A stretch of DNA of 32,000 bases from Patescibacteria group bacterium (GTDB lineage: Bacteria; Patescibacteriota; Patescibacteriia; 2-01-FULL-39-33): contig JBAZMW010000001.1 of assembly GCA_041649575.1 (NCBI GenBank), positions 120,001 through 152,000 of the forward strand. The letters run 5' to 3'. Every line of letters begins with the position of its first letter. Positions within the stretch are counted from its first letter, which is position 1. Made by a program: the position numbers and the translations under genes. A model generated the notes under the pieces. That model worked only from the letters and a program-made list of their open reading frames with translations. It was not told where the DNA came from and searched no databases. Positions 1 through 8,266 of the stretch are shown piece after piece.

Positions 1-182
1 TCAAGGTTTATCGGGCGATGCGCAATATGACGCAGGAAGAGCTGGCCGAGGAGGTTGGCGTCACTCGCCAGACTATTATCGCGATTGAAAAAAATAAATA
101 TGTGCCGTCCTTGGAGCTGGCTTTCAGGATTACCAGAGTTTTTAATGAGACAATAGAAAATGTTTTTCAGTATCAAAAATAA
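1..182 (+). CDS. XRE-family helix-turn-helix transcriptional regulator, C-terminal part (gene starts before window)
   Basis: Frame 3 translates to [59 protein letters not shown], a classic HTH_3 motif; stop TAA 180-182. Confidence 0.85.
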   Translation, partial: KVYRAMRNMTQEELAEEVGVTRQTIIAIEKNKYVPSLELAFRITRVFNETIENVFQYQK

Positions 183-199
183 AAATTTAAATTAAAATC

Positions 200-610
200 A
201 TGGGCATTCTTAAAAAAATTGATAAAAATTTGATTGGCTATATTATTGGTGTTGGAATTCTTCTTTTTCTTTTTATTTTTTTTATCACTTGCACGCAAAT
301 CGGCCATGACGTAAAAAAGCGCTGCGAGCTGGCTCAAAGCAGATATGGAGGCGAGTGCGTCGAGGCTTTAATGAGCCAGGTTGCCGACAGCTCCAGTCTA
401 TATGGGAAAAACAGTGCCATTTGGGCGTTGGGACAGCTGGGCGATAAAAAAGCGCTGCCATTTCTGGAAAGATATGACACACGAGAGCCGTTGCCTGATC
501 GTGGAATTCGCGGAGAATGGAACAAGGGAATCAGCCAGTATGAACTGCGCAAAGCCATCAAGCTTTTAAAGAGCGGATTCAATCTCTCGGCTTTTGTCTG
601 GCGTGATTAA
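200..610 (+). CDS. Membrane-anchored HEAT-repeat-like small protein
   Basis: N-terminal TM segment (IGYIIGVGILLFLFIFFI) and one HEAT-like unit 'NSAIWALGQLGDKKALPFLERY'. Confidence 0.6.
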   Translation: MGILKKIDKNLIGYIIGVGILLFLFIFFITCTQIGHDVKKRCELAQSRYGGECVEALMSQVADSSSLYGKNSAIWALGQLGDKKALPFLERYDTREPLPDRGIRGEWNKGISQYELRKAIKLLKSGFNLSAFVWRD

Positions 611-679
611 TAACCGTAAGGGAAGTTGGCCGGCTGGTGTATTTATGGCCGCTGGTTTTATAGAAGTTTCAATAAATTT

Positions 680-1324
680 ATGAAAAATAATTTACCTCCA
701 AGAGAGTTTAGGATTTTAAAAAGGTTAAAAACTCCAGCTAAGATCCAAGATTTTTTAAATACCATAAAAATTAATTTTGAAGAGGACGGGGATACCTCTC
801 TATCGCCCATGTCGGTGCTGGAAAGGGGCGTTTGCCATTGCGCCGAGGGAGCGATTTTGGCGGCGTTGGCTTTGCGCGTCAATGGCTACCCGCCGCTGGT
901 GCTCGACCTCACCGCCAATAAAAACGATTTTGATCACGTGGTGGCTGTTTTTAAAAAAGACGGGAAGTGGGGAGCGATATCAAAAACCAATCACGCGGTT
1001 TTGAGGTATCGGGAACCGGTTTACGGTTCGATTCGGGAATTGGTCATGAGTTATTTTCACGAATATTTCGACGATCAAGGCCGGAAAAATTTAAGGAGTT
1101 TTTCCAGGCCGGTCAACCTCAAAAGATTCGACCGTCGTGGCTGGATGACAACCAAGGAGGAGGTCGATTATATTATTGAGTATCTGGCTGACGTCAAACA
1201 CTTTCCTATAATCAACAGAAAACAAATCAGAAACCTGAAGAAAGCCGACCCGATTGAGATAAAAGCGGGATTATTGGTGGATTGGAAAGAAAAAAATAAT
1301 CCCATGCCCGAAGGCAGGGATTAA
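680..1324 (+). CDS. Transglutaminase-like / cysteine-protease-fold hypothetical protein
   Basis: ORF 626..1324; likely start at 680 (MKNNLPPREF). Motif 'GVCHCAEGAILAALALRVNGYPPLVLDL...DHVVAVFKKDGKWGAISKTNH' resembles the Cys-His-Asp core of transglutaminase-like domains. Confidence 0.5.
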   Translation: MKNNLPPREFRILKRLKTPAKIQDFLNTIKINFEEDGDTSLSPMSVLERGVCHCAEGAILAALALRVNGYPPLVLDLTANKNDFDHVVAVFKKDGKWGAISKTNHAVLRYREPVYGSIRELVMSYFHEYFDDQGRKNLRSFSRPVNLKRFDRRGWMTTKEEVDYIIEYLADVKHFPIINRKQIRNLKKADPIEIKAGLLVDWKEKNNPMPEGRD

Positions 1325-1363
1325 AGAGGGGACCATGGTGCAAGCGCGGGTCTGGCAGGCGAG

Positions 1364-1852
1364 CTACTTGGCCGCATCGGGAGGAGAGGCGGCCTCCGGA
1401 GGAGGACTGATGTCCAGGTGGCTATAGTGGATGATGCTGTCGGTCAACCAGAAGCCGGGCAAGAAGTCGGGACCGACATAACCTAATTTCACGGTCAGTG
1501 TTCGCGTTTCCTCGTCGACTTGGTAATCGCCGGCGCCTCTGACGATTATCTCCAGGCGTTGAGGCTGGGGATCTTCTGGCGGCAACGCGGTCCAGATTGT
1601 CAGCCAGGTCTTCGCCTGGACGGCGCCGGCAACGGATTTCAGAGCCAGTTTTGTCTCTCTTGCGGAGGGAGCGTAGTTGGGACCCAGTTTGCCGCACTCC
1701 TCGTCGGTCAGAGCCTCGCCCTTGACCATCTTCTCCCTTATGGGCTTGGTTTGATCGACAAGGAAAGTGCTCGCGGCCAACCAAGCAATTACAGCCAGGA
1801 ACATCACCACCACCAGCAGTTCGAGCAGTGTAATGCCACTCTTCTCGTTCAT
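1364..1852 (-). CDS. Prepilin-type N-terminal cleavage/methylation domain protein (isolated pseudopilin-like)
   Basis: N-terminus MNEKSG|ITLLELLVVVMFLAVIAWLAAS matches the type IV prepilin cleavage motif with Glu at +5; SD AGGAGA upstream. Confidence 0.65.
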   Translation of the reverse strand: MNEKSGITLLELLVVVMFLAVIAWLAASTFLVDQTKPIREKMVKGEALTDEECGKLGPNYAPSARETKLALKSVAGAVQAKTWLTIWTALPPEDPQPQRLEIIVRGAGDYQVDEETRTLTVKLGYVGPDFLPGFWLTDSIIHYSHLDISPPPEAASPPDAAK

Positions 1853-1894
1853 TAGAGTTCTCCTGTTGAAGGTTCGTTTTTGTGTGCTGGATTT

Positions 1895-1923
1895 AAGCTA
1901 TAATAAATAATCGAATTTGTCAA
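1895..1923 (-). promoter_or_regulatory. Candidate sigma70-type promoter for the 1364..1852 gene (TTGACA, then TAGCTT at 17 bp or TATAGC at 15 bp)
   Basis: Minus strand TTGACAAATTCGATTATTTATTATAGCTT. Confidence 0.4.
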
Positions 1924-1978
1924 AGGATGGTTTTTTTAGTAAAATAAAAAGACCATTTATTTTATTAAAGCTTCTGGC

Positions 1979-2725
1979 ATGACGGTCTTATTTTATTCAA
2001 TAATCAGCGTTTTACTTATTAGTCTGGTCTCTTTGGTGGGAGTCGCGGCTTTCTTTTTCAAAGAGAGAGTTTTAAACAGAATTCTGCTTTTTTTCATTTC
2101 TTTTTCCGCCGGCAGCTTGATGGGCGGGGCCTTTTTCCACCTGCTGCCGGAAGTTCTGGACGAGGGCGTTCGGCCGCTAGAAATTTTTGTTTATGTGCTG
2201 GTCGGTTTCTCTTTATTTTTTATTTTGGAAAAATTTCTACGCTGGCGCCACTGCCATGACAGCGACTGCGCCAAACACCATCATTTGGGTTGGATGAACC
2301 TGATCGGTGACGGTGTCCACAATCTGATTGATGGCCTGATAGTTTTTTCCGCTTTTACACTGGGGCCGCAACTGGGCGTACCGGTAATGGTTTCCATAAT
2401 TTTGCACGAAGTGCCGCAGGAGTTCAGCGATTTTGGAGTTTTGGTTTATTCCGGTTTCAGCCGCTTGAGAGCGCTGGCCTACAATTTACTTTCGGCTTTA
2501 GCAAGTGTCTTAGGAGTTTTTATAGCTTATTTTTTGGTTGGCCTTGATCAGTCGATCAACGATTTGCTTTTGCCGCTGGCCGCCGGCGGGTTTATTTATA
2601 TTGCCGCTTCCGATCTCATTCCCGAACTCCACAAAGAAAGAAAATTTTTCAACTCCCTGGTTTCTTTTTTATTTTTTTTATTGGCCTTGATTTTTATGTT
2701 CGCCATTAAGTTTCTACTGGAGTAG
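1979..2725 (+). CDS. ZIP family metal transporter
   Basis: Multiple TM segments, 'LGWMNLIGDGVHNLIDGLIV' and 'VSIILHEVPQEFSDFGVLV' are ZIP TM4/TM5 signatures (HNxxDG, HExPxExxD-like). Confidence 0.92.
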   Translation: MTVLFYSIISVLLISLVSLVGVAAFFFKERVLNRILLFFISFSAGSLMGGAFFHLLPEVLDEGVRPLEIFVYVLVGFSLFFILEKFLRWRHCHDSDCAKHHHLGWMNLIGDGVHNLIDGLIVFSAFTLGPQLGVPVMVSIILHEVPQEFSDFGVLVYSGFSRLRALAYNLLSALASVLGVFIAYFLVGLDQSINDLLLPLAAGGFIYIAASDLIPELHKERKFFNSLVSFLFFLLALIFMFAIKFLLE

Positions 2726-2747
2726 TCATTTAATCAGCAATATAGTT

Positions 2748-3014
2748 ATGAAAATTCTAAGAATTACCGCCAGCTGGTGCCCGGAATGCGCTATTATGGG
2801 ATTTCGTTGGCAAGAAATAAAAAAAGAATTTCCGCAATTAGCCATTGAGGAGGTTGATTTTGATAAGCAGCAGGAGCTAAAGCAAAAATATCAGATTGAT
2901 AAAGCCTCGACTTTTATTTTTTTTGATCAGCAGGGGCAGGAATTATTAAGAAGGCATGGTTTATTGGAAACAAAGGAGTTAATTCAACTTATTAAAGAAA
3001 ATCAAAATAAATAG
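2748..3014 (+). CDS. Thioredoxin-fold protein (WCPEC)
   Basis: 88 aa with ASWCPECAIM active-site motif near the N-terminus and a thioredoxin-like strand pattern. Confidence 0.8.
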   Translation: MKILRITASWCPECAIMGFRWQEIKKEFPQLAIEEVDFDKQQELKQKYQIDKASTFIFFDQQGQELLRRHGLLETKELIQLIKENQNK

Positions 3015-3017
3015 GTT

Positions 3018-4217
3018 ATGACTATAAAAAAAATAATTAGACCGGTTTTGCTGGTGATTTTATCGGTTTTGGTGGCTGGTTTTTGCCTGGGAGTCGCCAG
3101 CCAGCCGGCCAGAGCCGAAGCCGCGGAAGTCAACCTTTTCTATAGTCCGACCTGTCCGCACTGCACCAAGGAAAGGGCTTTTTTGGATGTGATAGAAAAC
3201 AAATACCCGCAGATAAAGGTGAACCGCTTTAATGTCACCGAGGCGGGCAGTGTTGATAAGTTGAAGGAGTTTTACGGCAAATATAAAGTGCCAGAAGATT
3301 CCTGGGGGTTGGTGCCGGTGACTTTTATCGCCGATAAGTTTTTCTTGGGTTTTAGCGACAGCACGGCCAAAGAAATCGAGAACTGTCTGACCGATCTGTG
3401 CCAGGTCGATATCAGCGCCGGCGGTGCAACCGGCGACAGCTTTACCCGTTGGTTGTCCCTGCCGTTTGGCAAACAAATTGACGTTTCCAAATTCTCGCCC
3501 CTAACCCTAAGTATCGTAGTGGGGTTTCTGGATGGTTTTAATGTTTGCTCTATGATGGCCCTGATTTTTTTATTGACGGCCATGGCCTCAACCGGCCGCC
3601 GGCGAAAAGTGATTTTGGTGGGAGGTGTTTTTATTCTGGTTTCCGGCTTAATTTATTTTTTGTTTATCTCGGCTTGGCTGAATTTATTTTTATTCTTGGG
3701 CTACATTAAGATAATTACTGTCGGCGTAGCGGTGTTGATTATAATTTTTGCCGCCCTGCTGCTAAAGGAATATTTCGCCAATATCATTTGCAAGCTTTGC
3801 GATGTCAAGGAAGAAAAAGAAAGTTTTTTTGTTAAGGCGCAAAAAAGGCTGTTCACGCAGATGATCAAGCTTTCGGCCGCCGAAATGCCTTTGATTTTAA
3901 CGCTGTTAGGAGTGGCTTTGGTGGCCATTGGCGTTAATACTATCGAGCTGATGTGTTCCCTGGGTTTTCCCATGGCTTACACTAAGATCTTAGCCGGCCA
4001 TCACCTGGCCACGGCAGCCTATTATTTTTATCTTTTTATCTACATTTTCTTTTACATGTTGATCGAATTTGTCATTTTTTTGGCGGCGGTGGTGACGCTA
4101 AGAGTTGTCAGCTTGTCGGATAAATATTTCAAAGCGATTAAACTGGTCAGCGGTATAATTTTATTACTGCTGGGCCTGGCCATGTTGTTTAGGCCGGAGC
4201 TGTTGAATTTTGGCTAA
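3018..4217 (+). CDS. Secreted/membrane thioredoxin-like domain fused to CcdA/DsbD-like transmembrane domain
   Basis: Signal-like N-terminus, 'NLFYSPTCPHCTKE' CPHC motif, then a polytopic membrane region with intramembrane Cys in 'GFNVCSMMALIFLL' and 'IELMCSLGFPMAYTKIL'. Confidence 0.8.
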   Translation: MTIKKIIRPVLLVILSVLVAGFCLGVASQPARAEAAEVNLFYSPTCPHCTKERAFLDVIENKYPQIKVNRFNVTEAGSVDKLKEFYGKYKVPEDSWGLVPVTFIADKFFLGFSDSTAKEIENCLTDLCQVDISAGGATGDSFTRWLSLPFGKQIDVSKFSPLTLSIVVGFLDGFNVCSMMALIFLLTAMASTGRRRKVILVGGVFILVSGLIYFLFISAWLNLFLFLGYIKIITVGVAVLIIIFAALLLKEYFANIICKLCDVKEEKESFFVKAQKRLFTQMIKLSAAEMPLILTLLGVALVAIGVNTIELMCSLGFPMAYTKILAGHHLATAAYYFYLFIYIFFYMLIEFVIFLAAVVTLRVVSLSDKYFKAIKLVSGIILLLLGLAMLFRPELLNFG

Positions 4218-4310
4218 TTTGGCCGGCTGGAAAAGTAACTTGATTGTTTTTTGATTTTTTTTGTAGTAAAATTAATAATGAATTAATTAAGATAAAAATA
4301 ACCCAAATTT

Positions 4311-5243
4311 ATGTTTAACTCCTTGAAAAAGAAAAAAAATTCGTCCAAAGAGGAAGAAGGCCACAAGAAAAAAACGGAGAGTAATTTCGCCGTGGGCATA
4401 GCGGTGGGCGTGGTGGTAGCCGTGATCATTTTGGCGATTATCGGCGCTTTAGTTTTTGTGGTAGCCCAAAAAGGCAAACTTGGCAAAAAAACTGGAGATG
4501 GTTTGACCAACACCAATCAGGCGGCCAGCGCAGCGGAAAAGGCTAAATTAAGGATCACCATCGTTACCTCTAAAAATTGCCAAGAATGTTTTGATATTAA
4601 TTTATTACTCCAGGCTTTGCGGCAGAACAACATAGAAGAAAAAGGCACGGAAACTTTGTATATCGAGGACAACGCCACTAAGACCCTGCTCGACAAATAT
4701 AAAATCACCAAAATCCCGACAGTTTTAATCGCCGGCGAGCTAGATAAAAACCCCAATCTAAAAAGCGCCTGGCCGCAACTGGGAGAGATTATCGATGGCG
4801 TTTTTGTCTTTAGGGAAATCATCCCTCCTTATATAGAAGTTGCCACGGGACAAGTCAGGGGTAAATTTTCCGTCATTTTTCTAACCGATAAGAGTTGTGA
4901 TAAGTGTTACGATATCAATCTGCACAATACGGCCTTGACCAATTTGGGCATGAAACCGTCCGAGACCAAAACAATAGATGTTGCCAGTGATGAGGGGAAG
5001 GCGCTGGTCAAAGAATATGGAATTAAGGCTGTTCCCACAATTCTCCTGCAGGGTGAGCTAAGTGAATACCAGAATTTGAGTCAGGTCTGGCCGACTGTTG
5101 GCACGGTGGCCGAAGATGGCACTTATATTTTTACCAAAATGGACGAGATGGGGACTTATAAGGATTTGACCAAAGGCAAGGTGGTGGAAGTCAAGCCGCA
5201 ATCGGCAACGACCGATCAGACAGCGACTCCAGTTAGTCAATAG
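4311..5243 (+). CDS. Membrane-anchored protein with two tandem thioredoxin-like CxxC domains
   Basis: TM segment AVGIAVGVVVAVIILAIIGALVFVVAQ, then 'TSKNCQECFDINL...KIPTVLIAGEL' and 'TDKSCDKCYDINL...AVPTILLQGEL'. Confidence 0.75.
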   Translation: MFNSLKKKKNSSKEEEGHKKKTESNFAVGIAVGVVVAVIILAIIGALVFVVAQKGKLGKKTGDGLTNTNQAASAAEKAKLRITIVTSKNCQECFDINLLLQALRQNNIEEKGTETLYIEDNATKTLLDKYKITKIPTVLIAGELDKNPNLKSAWPQLGEIIDGVFVFREIIPPYIEVATGQVRGKFSVIFLTDKSCDKCYDINLHNTALTNLGMKPSETKTIDVASDEGKALVKEYGIKAVPTILLQGELSEYQNLSQVWPTVGTVAEDGTYIFTKMDEMGTYKDLTKGKVVEVKPQSATTDQTATPVSQ

Positions 5244-5253
5244 AAATTACTAT

Positions 5254-5289
5254 AAAAAATTCATCCTGCTAATCGGGATGAATTTTTTT
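5254..5289 (+). terminator. Rho-independent terminator
   Basis: AAAAAATTCATCC (5254-5266) / GGATGAATTTTTT (5276-5288), perfect 13-bp stem with U tract, between convergent genes. Confidence 0.9.
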
Positions 5290-5318
5290 GTGGTTTAAGC
5301 AAATATTGAAAATCACCA

Positions 5319-5822
5319 TTATTTAAGAATGGTCACATCTTTAGGCAGTTTTTCTATAATGATATTTAAATCAAGCGCAGAATATTTATTGCCAGAAAGA
5401 TTAAGCGTTTTGAGATTTTTTAAATTTCCCAACTCATAAGGAAGGCCCGTCAGCTGGTTGTTTGATAAATCTAATATTTGTAAATTTTGCAATTGGCCGA
5501 TTTCTGCGGGAACACCAGTCATAAGATTATTACTGACGTTGAGCACCTTGAGATTTGACAGATGTCTAATCTCGGCCTGAATTGCTCCAGTAAGCTGGTT
5601 GTTAGATAAGTTTAATTCTTCTAAATTTGTCTGGCTAAAGACGTAATCGGGAACCTTTGTCAGTTGTTGATTGCTCAAATCCAGCTTGTTTTTTCCCGAT
5701 AATGGCGACCCGTTATTGACGGGTAGGTTTGAATTGGTATTTGTTTGATTGGGTTGTCCCGACAAGGTACAGCCACTTAACAGTATGCTAGCGGCGATGA
5801 CTAATAGAATTTTGTGCTTCAT
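5319..5822 (-). CDS. Leucine-rich-repeat lipoprotein
   Basis: Start at MKHKILLVIAASILLSGCT (lipobox LLSGC), followed by about five LRR units such as 'LQILDLSNNQLTGLPYELGNLKNLKTLNLSGNK'. Confidence 0.85.
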   Translation of the reverse strand: MKHKILLVIAASILLSGCTLSGQPNQTNTNSNLPVNNGSPLSGKNKLDLSNQQLTKVPDYVFSQTNLEELNLSNNQLTGAIQAEIRHLSNLKVLNVSNNLMTGVPAEIGQLQNLQILDLSNNQLTGLPYELGNLKNLKTLNLSGNKYSALDLNIIIEKLPKDVTILK

Positions 5823-5976
5823 TTGTTTTAAATTAGGGTTAATTAAAGTTAATCTTGTTATGTTACCAAAGAGGGTATGATTTTGCAAACCAAGTGCAGG
5901 GTTTTACCAGGGCAGGCATTTCGAAAAGGGATGTCTTTTGCCGGTTCTCCACCATAAAATAAAAACTATTTTCAAG

Positions 5977-6005
5977 TTGCGTTTTTCTCCCTAAAATAGT
6001 ATAAT
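5977..6005 (+). promoter_or_regulatory. Promoter TTGCGT-N17-TATAAT upstream of rsmI
   Basis: -35 TTGCGT 5977-5982, -10 TATAAT 6000-6005; the ATG follows at 6015. Confidence 0.6.
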
Positions 6006-6014
6006 TCAGGCGTT

Positions 6015-6695
6015 ATGAAATTATATATCGTAGCCACGCCCCTTGGCAATTTGGGAGACATTACTTTAAGAGCGCTGGAAATTTTAAAGTCGGTACCACT
6101 GATTTTATGCGAAGACACACGTGTTTCGCAAAAGCTTTTGGAACATTTTCAAATAAAATCAAGACTGATTTCCTACCATCAGCACAGCGGTCCGGCCAAG
6201 GTAGGGCAGATAATTAGTTTACTGGAAGAAAAAGGTGAAGCGGCTTTAATCACCGATGCCGGCACGCCGGGCATTTCCGATCCAGGCAATCAACTGATAG
6301 CCAGGTTGATCGCGAGTGAAGTAAACGATTGGGAAATTATTTCGATTCCCGGAGCTTCGGCCCTAACGGCCGCCTTATCGATCTCCGGCTTGCCGACAGA
6401 CAAATTTTTATTTCTGGGTTTTCTGCCGCACAAAAAAGGCAAGGAGACGACCCTAAAGAGAATTGCCGAGAGCGAAGAAACAGTGGTTTTCTACGAATCA
6501 ACACATAGAATTATCAAAACTTTAGAAAAATTAGCGGAATATTTGGACAAAAAAAGAAAGGTAATCGTCTGCCGCGAGCTGACCAAAAAATTTGAAACCG
6601 TTTATCGCGGCAGTATCAATCAGGTTTTGGAAAAATTGAAAGCCGATGTCACCAAAGGAGAATTTGTCGTGGTGGTCGGCGGGAAGCGGTTTTAA
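6015..6695 (+). CDS. rsmI: 16S rRNA (cytidine(1402)-2'-O)-methyltransferase
   Basis: MKLYIVATPLGNLGDITLRALEILKSV...LCEDTR...LITDAGTPGISDPG...IPGASALTAALSISGLP, diagnostic RsmI/tetrapyrrole methylase motifs. Confidence 0.95.
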   Translation: MKLYIVATPLGNLGDITLRALEILKSVPLILCEDTRVSQKLLEHFQIKSRLISYHQHSGPAKVGQIISLLEEKGEAALITDAGTPGISDPGNQLIARLIASEVNDWEIISIPGASALTAALSISGLPTDKFLFLGFLPHKKGKETTLKRIAESEETVVFYESTHRIIKTLEKLAEYLDKKRKVIVCRELTKKFETVYRGSINQVLEKLKADVTKGEFVVVVGGKRF

Positions 6696-6734
6696 AATCA
6701 AAAAACTGATTATCGTTTGAGAATTAATATTGAT

Positions 6735-8240
6735 ATGTCAAAATTTTACATCACAACACCCATCTACTACGTAAACGACAAGCCGCATATCGGTCATGCT
6801 TACACCACGATTTCGGCTGATGTTTTGGCGCGTTATCACCGTCTGAAAGGCGAGGAGGTTTTCTTTTTGACCGGTACCGATGAGCATGGCTCGAAAGTGG
6901 CCCAATCAGCCAGAGCGGCCGAGATGACACCGCAGGAGTTTTGCGACCTGAATGCGGCCAAATTTCAACTTCTCTGGGATCGTCTGGATATTACCAATGA
7001 TTTTTTTATTCGCACCACCAGCCAGGAACATCAAACCAGAGTAAAGAAATTTTTGGAGAAATTAAAAGACAAGGGCGCTCTTTACGAAGGCGAGTACGCC
7101 GGACTCTATTGCACCGGCTGCGAAAAATTCATCACCGAAAAAGAATTGGTTAACGGCAAATGTCCCGACCACAACATCGAGCCGGAAATATTAAAGGAAA
7201 AAAATTATTTTTTCAAATTAAAGGAATATTTGCCTGAAGTGGAAAAATTAATCGACAAAGGAGAACTTAAAATTTTGCCCCAAAGCCGGCACAAGGAAGT
7301 ATTGGGGCTGATTAAGCAGGGGTTGGAAGATTTTTCTATTTCTCGCGAAAGCGTTAAGTGGGGGATAGATTTGCCTTTTGCCAAGGGGCAGGTGGTTTAT
7401 GTCTGGGTGGAAGCGCTTTTAAACTATATTACCGCCTTGGGTTATGGAGAAGCTGGCGACGATTTTAAGAAGTTTTGGCCGGCGGATGTCCATCTAATGG
7501 CTAAAGATATTATTAAATTCCATGCCTTGTATTGGCCGGCGCTCTTGTTGGCGGCCGGTGAACAGCCGCCCAAAGTGATTTTTGCCCATGGGTTTTTCAC
7601 AGTCGATGGACAAAAAATGAGCAAAACACTGGGCAATACCATCGACCCGGACGCTTTGATTGATGAATTTGGAAGTGATGCGGTGCGCTATTTACTGCTG
7701 TCACAATTTCCTTTCGGGATTGATGGCGACGTCAAGGCTGGCAATTTTGCCATTCAATACAACGCCGATTTGGCTAACGGCGTTGGCAATTTGGTCAGCC
7801 GGGTGCTGGCAATGACAGAAAAATATTTTTTTGGCCTGGTTCCCAAGACCCAGGAAAACGAGCTGGCTGAAAAGACAGACATAATTTGGCAAGAATACGA
7901 AGCGGCCATGGAAAATTTTGGCCTTGATAAGGCGGTGGAAACTATTAAAAAACTTAATTCCCTGGCTGATGGTTATATCGAAAAAAATCAGCCTTGGTCT
8001 TTGGCCAAGACTGATTCGGAAAAGCTGGAGACAATCATTTATTCTTTACTAGAGACTATTAGGCAGTTGGCAGTGATGATTTATCCATTAATGCCCAATA
8101 CCGCCGAAAAGATTTTTTCTGGCTTAGGCCTGGGTGATTGGAAAAAACTCGCTTTTAGTGAGTTAAGGGCGAGCCGGATGCTGGCGCCGGGAACCAAAGT
8201 GAATAAAGGCGAACCGCTTTTCCCACGATTGGAGAAATAA
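6735..8240 (+). CDS. metG: Methionyl-tRNA synthetase
   Basis: FYITTPIYYVNDKPHIGHAYTT, CTGCEKFI...CPDH zinc-binding element, FFTVDGQKMSKTLGNTIDP (KMSKT) signatures. ORF open from 6717; start likely 6735. Confidence 0.96.
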   Translation: MSKFYITTPIYYVNDKPHIGHAYTTISADVLARYHRLKGEEVFFLTGTDEHGSKVAQSARAAEMTPQEFCDLNAAKFQLLWDRLDITNDFFIRTTSQEHQTRVKKFLEKLKDKGALYEGEYAGLYCTGCEKFITEKELVNGKCPDHNIEPEILKEKNYFFKLKEYLPEVEKLIDKGELKILPQSRHKEVLGLIKQGLEDFSISRESVKWGIDLPFAKGQVVYVWVEALLNYITALGYGEAGDDFKKFWPADVHLMAKDIIKFHALYWPALLLAAGEQPPKVIFAHGFFTVDGQKMSKTLGNTIDPDALIDEFGSDAVRYLLLSQFPFGIDGDVKAGNFAIQYNADLANGVGNLVSRVLAMTEKYFFGLVPKTQENELAEKTDIIWQEYEAAMENFGLDKAVETIKKLNSLADGYIEKNQPWSLAKTDSEKLETIIYSLLETIRQLAVMIYPLMPNTAEKIFSGLGLGDWKKLAFSELRASRMLAPGTKVNKGEPLFPRLEK

Positions 8241-8266
8241 TTGATTTAATAATAAATTAACAAGGG

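Noticed and set aside
1422-1855. ORFs 1422-1784 (-) and 1520-1855 (+) over the prepilin-like gene
   Set aside because: The 1364-1852 frame has a clear prepilin motif and SD; the others are GC-rich alternative-frame artefacts.
1325-1925. GC-rich islands as assembly contamination
   Set aside because: The islands are short and repeated at several places, with intact flanking operons and their own regulatory signals, so chimerism is unlikely, although read mapping across the boundaries would be the definitive check.
1950-1989. AAGACC...GGTCTT pairing around the ZIP gene start codon (possible metal-responsive riboswitch)
   Set aside because: Only a 6-bp stem in AT-rich sequence with a long loop; could be chance without covariation data.
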